Below, piece after piece: positions 59,161-64,000 of a stretch of DNA of 64,000 nucleotides (the first letter of the stretch is position 1; each line of letters starts with the position of its first letter). The translations under genes were made by a program, and so were the position numbers. Under the pieces are notes generated by a model. It made no database searches, was not told the DNA's origin, and was given only the letters and a program-made list of their open reading frames with translations. This stretch comes from Eledone cirrhosa (lineage: Eukaryota), in assembly GCA_964016885.1 (NCBI GenBank), contig OZ024766.1, forward strand, positions 6,138,001 to 6,202,000. Reading direction: 5' to 3'.

Positions 59161-59994
59161 GTATTATTATTTTCGGGGAATTGGCAGTATCGGTAGAGAG
59201 TCGGACGCCATGCTTTCTAGCAGAGTTACGTCCCTTTACAGTCTGAGTTCAAATCCCGCCGAGGTTGACTTTGCCTTTCATCCTTCCGGGATCGATAAAA
59301 TAAAGTACCAGTAATGTACTGGGGTGTTTGCTGGCCTTGTGCCTAAAGTAGAAACAATTATTATTTTGAGTCTGTGTCTGTAAATTAAAGGTGGAAAACT
59401 GGGAGAGGGCACTTGCCCTGGTGGTCAGGGTCACTGTGGTCTTTTAATGGGCTTTCTCCACAAATGTCCCTCGGAAGTCTCCCCCCTATTGGGGAATTTT
59501 TCTTTGTTTTTTATTACATCCTCTGTTTTTTACACGCAGAAATGCCCATTTGTACCGTCCTGTATTGTCCTGCACTGTCCTTAATGTCTACTTTATGTAA
59601 ACCCTTGTGGTTAATAAAGAAAACATTATTTTGAGTCTTTCAATGATTAAAATTCACTTTATTATCGTTTAAAATGCATTTATAAGTAAAAAAATGAAAG
59701 TTACACCAAAAAATTCAACAAGAATTATTGCAAATTATAGATAAATTAAGCAATATTTCAACATGTTGGTATACAATTTTTATTTTTGTCCAAAATGGTT
59801 TTTTGCACTCGATTGCTCACAATTTTTATTTCAATCAATTGCTCCATCTCAGGCAGAGTATAATTTTGAAACTTTTCAAACGATTGCACCATATAGGAGC
59901 TTACAGTAAAGTATTCCTTCCAGAGACCTAAAATATTGATAAATGATTAAAGTTATGTTGGCTACCTATGGACATTCATATTATAAATATAAAA

Positions 59995-60697
59995 ATAATT
60001 TTCTACTTTTGGGGGCACAAGGCCAGAAATTATACCAGTGTATTACTGGTATATTATTTTATCAACCCTGTAATAATTGTTTCTACTTTTAGGGGCACAA
60101 GGCCAGAAATTACCCCAGTGTATTACTGGTACTTTATTTTATCAACCCTGTAATAATTGTTTCTACTTTTAGGGGCACAAGGCCAGAAATTACCCCAGTG
60201 TATTACTGGTACTTTATTTTATCAACCCCGTAATAATTGTTTCTACTTTAGGCACAAGGCCAGCAATTACCTCAGTATATTACTGGTACTTTATTTTATC
60301 AACCCCGTAATAATTGTTTCTACTATAAGCACAATGCCAGCAATTACCCCAGTGTATTACTGGTACTTTACTTTATCGACCCCGTAATAATTGTTTCTAC
60401 TTTAGGCACAAGGCCAGCAATTACCCCAGTGTATTACTGGTACTTTACTTTATCAACCCTGTAATAATTGTTTCTACTTTAGGCACAAGGCCAGCAATAA
60501 CCCCCAGTGTATTACTGGTACTTTATTTTATCAACCCTGTAATAATTGTTTCTACTTTTGGCACAAGGCCAGCAATTACCCCAGTGTATTACTGGTACTT
60601 TATTTTATCAACCCTGTAATAATTGTTTCTACTTTTGGGGGCACAAGGCCATCAATTACCCCCAGTGTATTACTGGTACTTTACTTTATCGACCCCG
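59995..60697 (-). repeat. About 11 tandem about 62-bp copies of the SINE 3' segment (similar array at 50706-51090)
   Basis: taataattgtttctactttaggcacaaggccagcaattaccccagtgtattactggtactttattttatcaaccctg repeated. Confidence 0.88.
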
Positions 60698-60977
60698 CTA
60701 TTACTGGTACTCATTTTCAGCTGAGTATACTGGAGCAACGTGAAATGAAGTGTCTTGCTCAAGGAAACAACACGCAGCCCAGGAATCGAACCCACGACAT
60801 TATGATCGTAAGTCCAACACTCTTACCACTGGGCCACGTGCCTCCACTATATATATATATATATATATATAGACATACACATATATATATATATACATAC
60901 ATACATATATATATATACATACATACATATATACATACATATATACATATATATACATACATACATATATATATACA

Positions 60978-61018
<41 letters not shown>

Positions 61019-61370
61019 ATACATACATATATACACACATATATATATATATATATATATACATATATACATATATATATATACATACATACATATATAC
61101 ATATATATATATACATACATATATATATATATGAATAAGACCCGTCCCACCCTTGCAAGCAGGGAAAAGCGGACGTAAAATGATGATGATGATGATGATG
61201 ATATATACATATATACATATATATACATATATATATGCATACATACATATATACATATATATACATATATATATGCATACATACATACATACATATATAT
61301 AGATACATACATACATATATACATATATATATATTTATATACATACATACATACATACATATATACCTAT

Positions 61371-61401
<31 letters not shown>

Positions 61402-64000
61402 CATATATACATATATATATATATACATACATGGTAAGAGTGAGAGATAAACAGATTGACATTCCGTTCAATATAAATCACATCATAACAACAACAATAA
61501 CCCCTCAAACCCTAATATATACACCCTGCCATTAACAATTTATTGTATACTTCTAAAATAACAGTTTTCTACACCCTCAGGCATATACACACAATTTCCT
61601 GCTATATATAGTCTGGTGTATAATAATTTCATTACTGAGGGAAATAGCTGGTGGCCAGTGGAATCATAATGTATGTATGTGTGTATATATATATATATGT
61701 TGTGTATATATGTTGTGTATATATATGTGTATATATATATGTTGTGTATATAATGTATATATGTATATATATATATATATGTTGTGTATAGATATGTTGT
61801 GTATATATATATATGGTGTGTATATAATATATATATGTATATATATATGTTGTGTATAGATATGTTGTGTATATTTATATATATGTATATATATATATGT
61901 TGTGTATAGATATGTTGTGTATATATATGTGTATATATATATGTTGTGTGTATATATATATGTTGTGTATATAATGTATATATGTATATATATATATATG
62001 TTGTGTATAGATATGTTGTGTATATATATATGGTGTGTATATAATATATATATGTATATATATATGTTGTGTATAGATATGTTGTGTATATTTATATATA
62101 TGTATATATATATATGTTGTGTATAGATATGTTGTGTATATATATGTGTATATATATATGTTGTGTATATATATATATGTTGTGTATATAATGTATATAT
62201 GTATATATATATATATGTTGTGTATAGATATGTTGTGTATATATATGTGTATATATATATGTTGTGTGTATATATATATGTTGTGTATATAATGTATATA
62301 TGTATATATATATATATGTTGTGTATAGATATGTTGTGTATATATATATGGTGTGTATATAATATATATATGTATATATATATATGTTGTGTATAGATAT
62401 GTTGTGTATATTTATATATATGTATATATATATATGTTGTGTATAGATATGTTGTGTATATATATGTGTATATATATATGTTGTGTGTATATATATATGT
62501 TGTGTATATAATGTATATATGTATATATATATATGTGTTGTGTATAGATATGTTGTGTATATATATATATGGTGTGTATATAATATATATATGTATATAT
62601 ATATGTTGTGTATAGATATGTTGTGTATATTTATATATATGTATATATATATATGTTGTGTATAGATATGTTGTGTATATATATGTGTATATATATATGT
62701 TGTGTGTATATATATATGTTGTGTATATAATGTATATATGTATATATATATATATATATGTTGTGTATAGATATGTTGTGTATATATATATATGGTGTGT
62801 ATATAATATATATATGTATATATATATATATGTTGTGTATAGATATGTTGTGTATATTTATATATATGTATATATATATATGTTGTGTATAGATATGTTG
62901 TGTATATATATGTGTATATATATATGTTGTGTGTATATATATATGTTGTGTATATAATGTATATATGTATATATATATATGTGTTGTGTATAGATATGTT
63001 GTATATATATATATATATGGTGTGTATATAATATATATATGTATATATATATATGTTGTGTATAGATATGTTGTGTATATTTATATATATGTATATATAT
63101 ATATGTTGTGTATATATATGTTGTGTATATATATGTGTATATATATATGTTGTGTATATATATATATGTTGTGTATATAATGTATATATGTATATATATA
63201 TATATGTTGTGTATAGATATGTTGTGTATATATATATATATGGTGTGTATATAATATATATATGTATATATATATATGTTGTGTATAGATATGTTGTGTA
63301 TATTTATATATATGTATATATATATATGTTGTGTATAGATATGTTGTGTATATATATGTGTATATATATATGTTGTGTATATATATATATGTTGTGTATA
63401 TAATGTATATATGTATATATATATATATGTTGTGTATAGATATGTTGTGTATATATATATATGGTGTGTATATAATATATATATGTATATATAAGAATTA
63501 AAATACTAGAGTGTGTTGGAGTTATACACCCTCTTCTTATTATAGAAATGACAGTAAAAGTATAGCTCAATGTAGTTAAACAGAGCTGATATATGTTGTG
63601 TATATATATGTGTATATATATATGTGGTGTATATATATGTGTATATATATATGTATGTTGTGTATAGATATGTTGTGTATATAATGTATATATGTATATA
63701 TATATGTTGTGTATATATATGTTGTGTATATATATATATGTTGTGTATATATATATATGTTGTGTATATATATATGTTGTGTATATATATGTTGTGTATA
63801 TATATATGTTGTGTATATATATATATATGTTGTGTATATATATATGTTGTGTATATATATGTTGTGTATATATATATATGTTGTATATATATATATATAC
63901 TGAGAGTACAAGACTTCCCCCTGGACAGGACACCAGTCCATCACAGGGTTAAAGTATGTCTTACTTTCACTGGCATTAAGTGACTGAGAGTACAAGACCT

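Overview
This is a repeat-saturated animal genomic window; the SINE, MITE and RTE families and the (TA)n density suggest an octopod cephalopod (inference). It contains one 200-N gap (9939-10138). The only host gene I can reconstruct is a 20-exon classical calpain on the minus strand (ATG 45767 to TAG 16497, 2001 nt, 666 aa). It has an intact Cys/His/Asn triad, domain III and a penta-EF-hand domain, and all exon phases chain correctly. The long ORFs in the supplied track are tandem-repeat or microsatellite artefacts. Notable features: a U12-type intron (intron 15); a 31-nt micro-exon with a frame-compensating alternative donor; an internal duplication that creates an in-frame cryptic copy of half of EF-hand 4; and about 8 minimal hammerhead-ribozyme motifs in Penelope-like remnants, several locked in inverted duplications inside the calpain pre-mRNA. 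Also present are a 400-bp inverted repeat pair bracketing exons 5-18, several satellites that grew inside transposons, and a decayed DD37D transposase.
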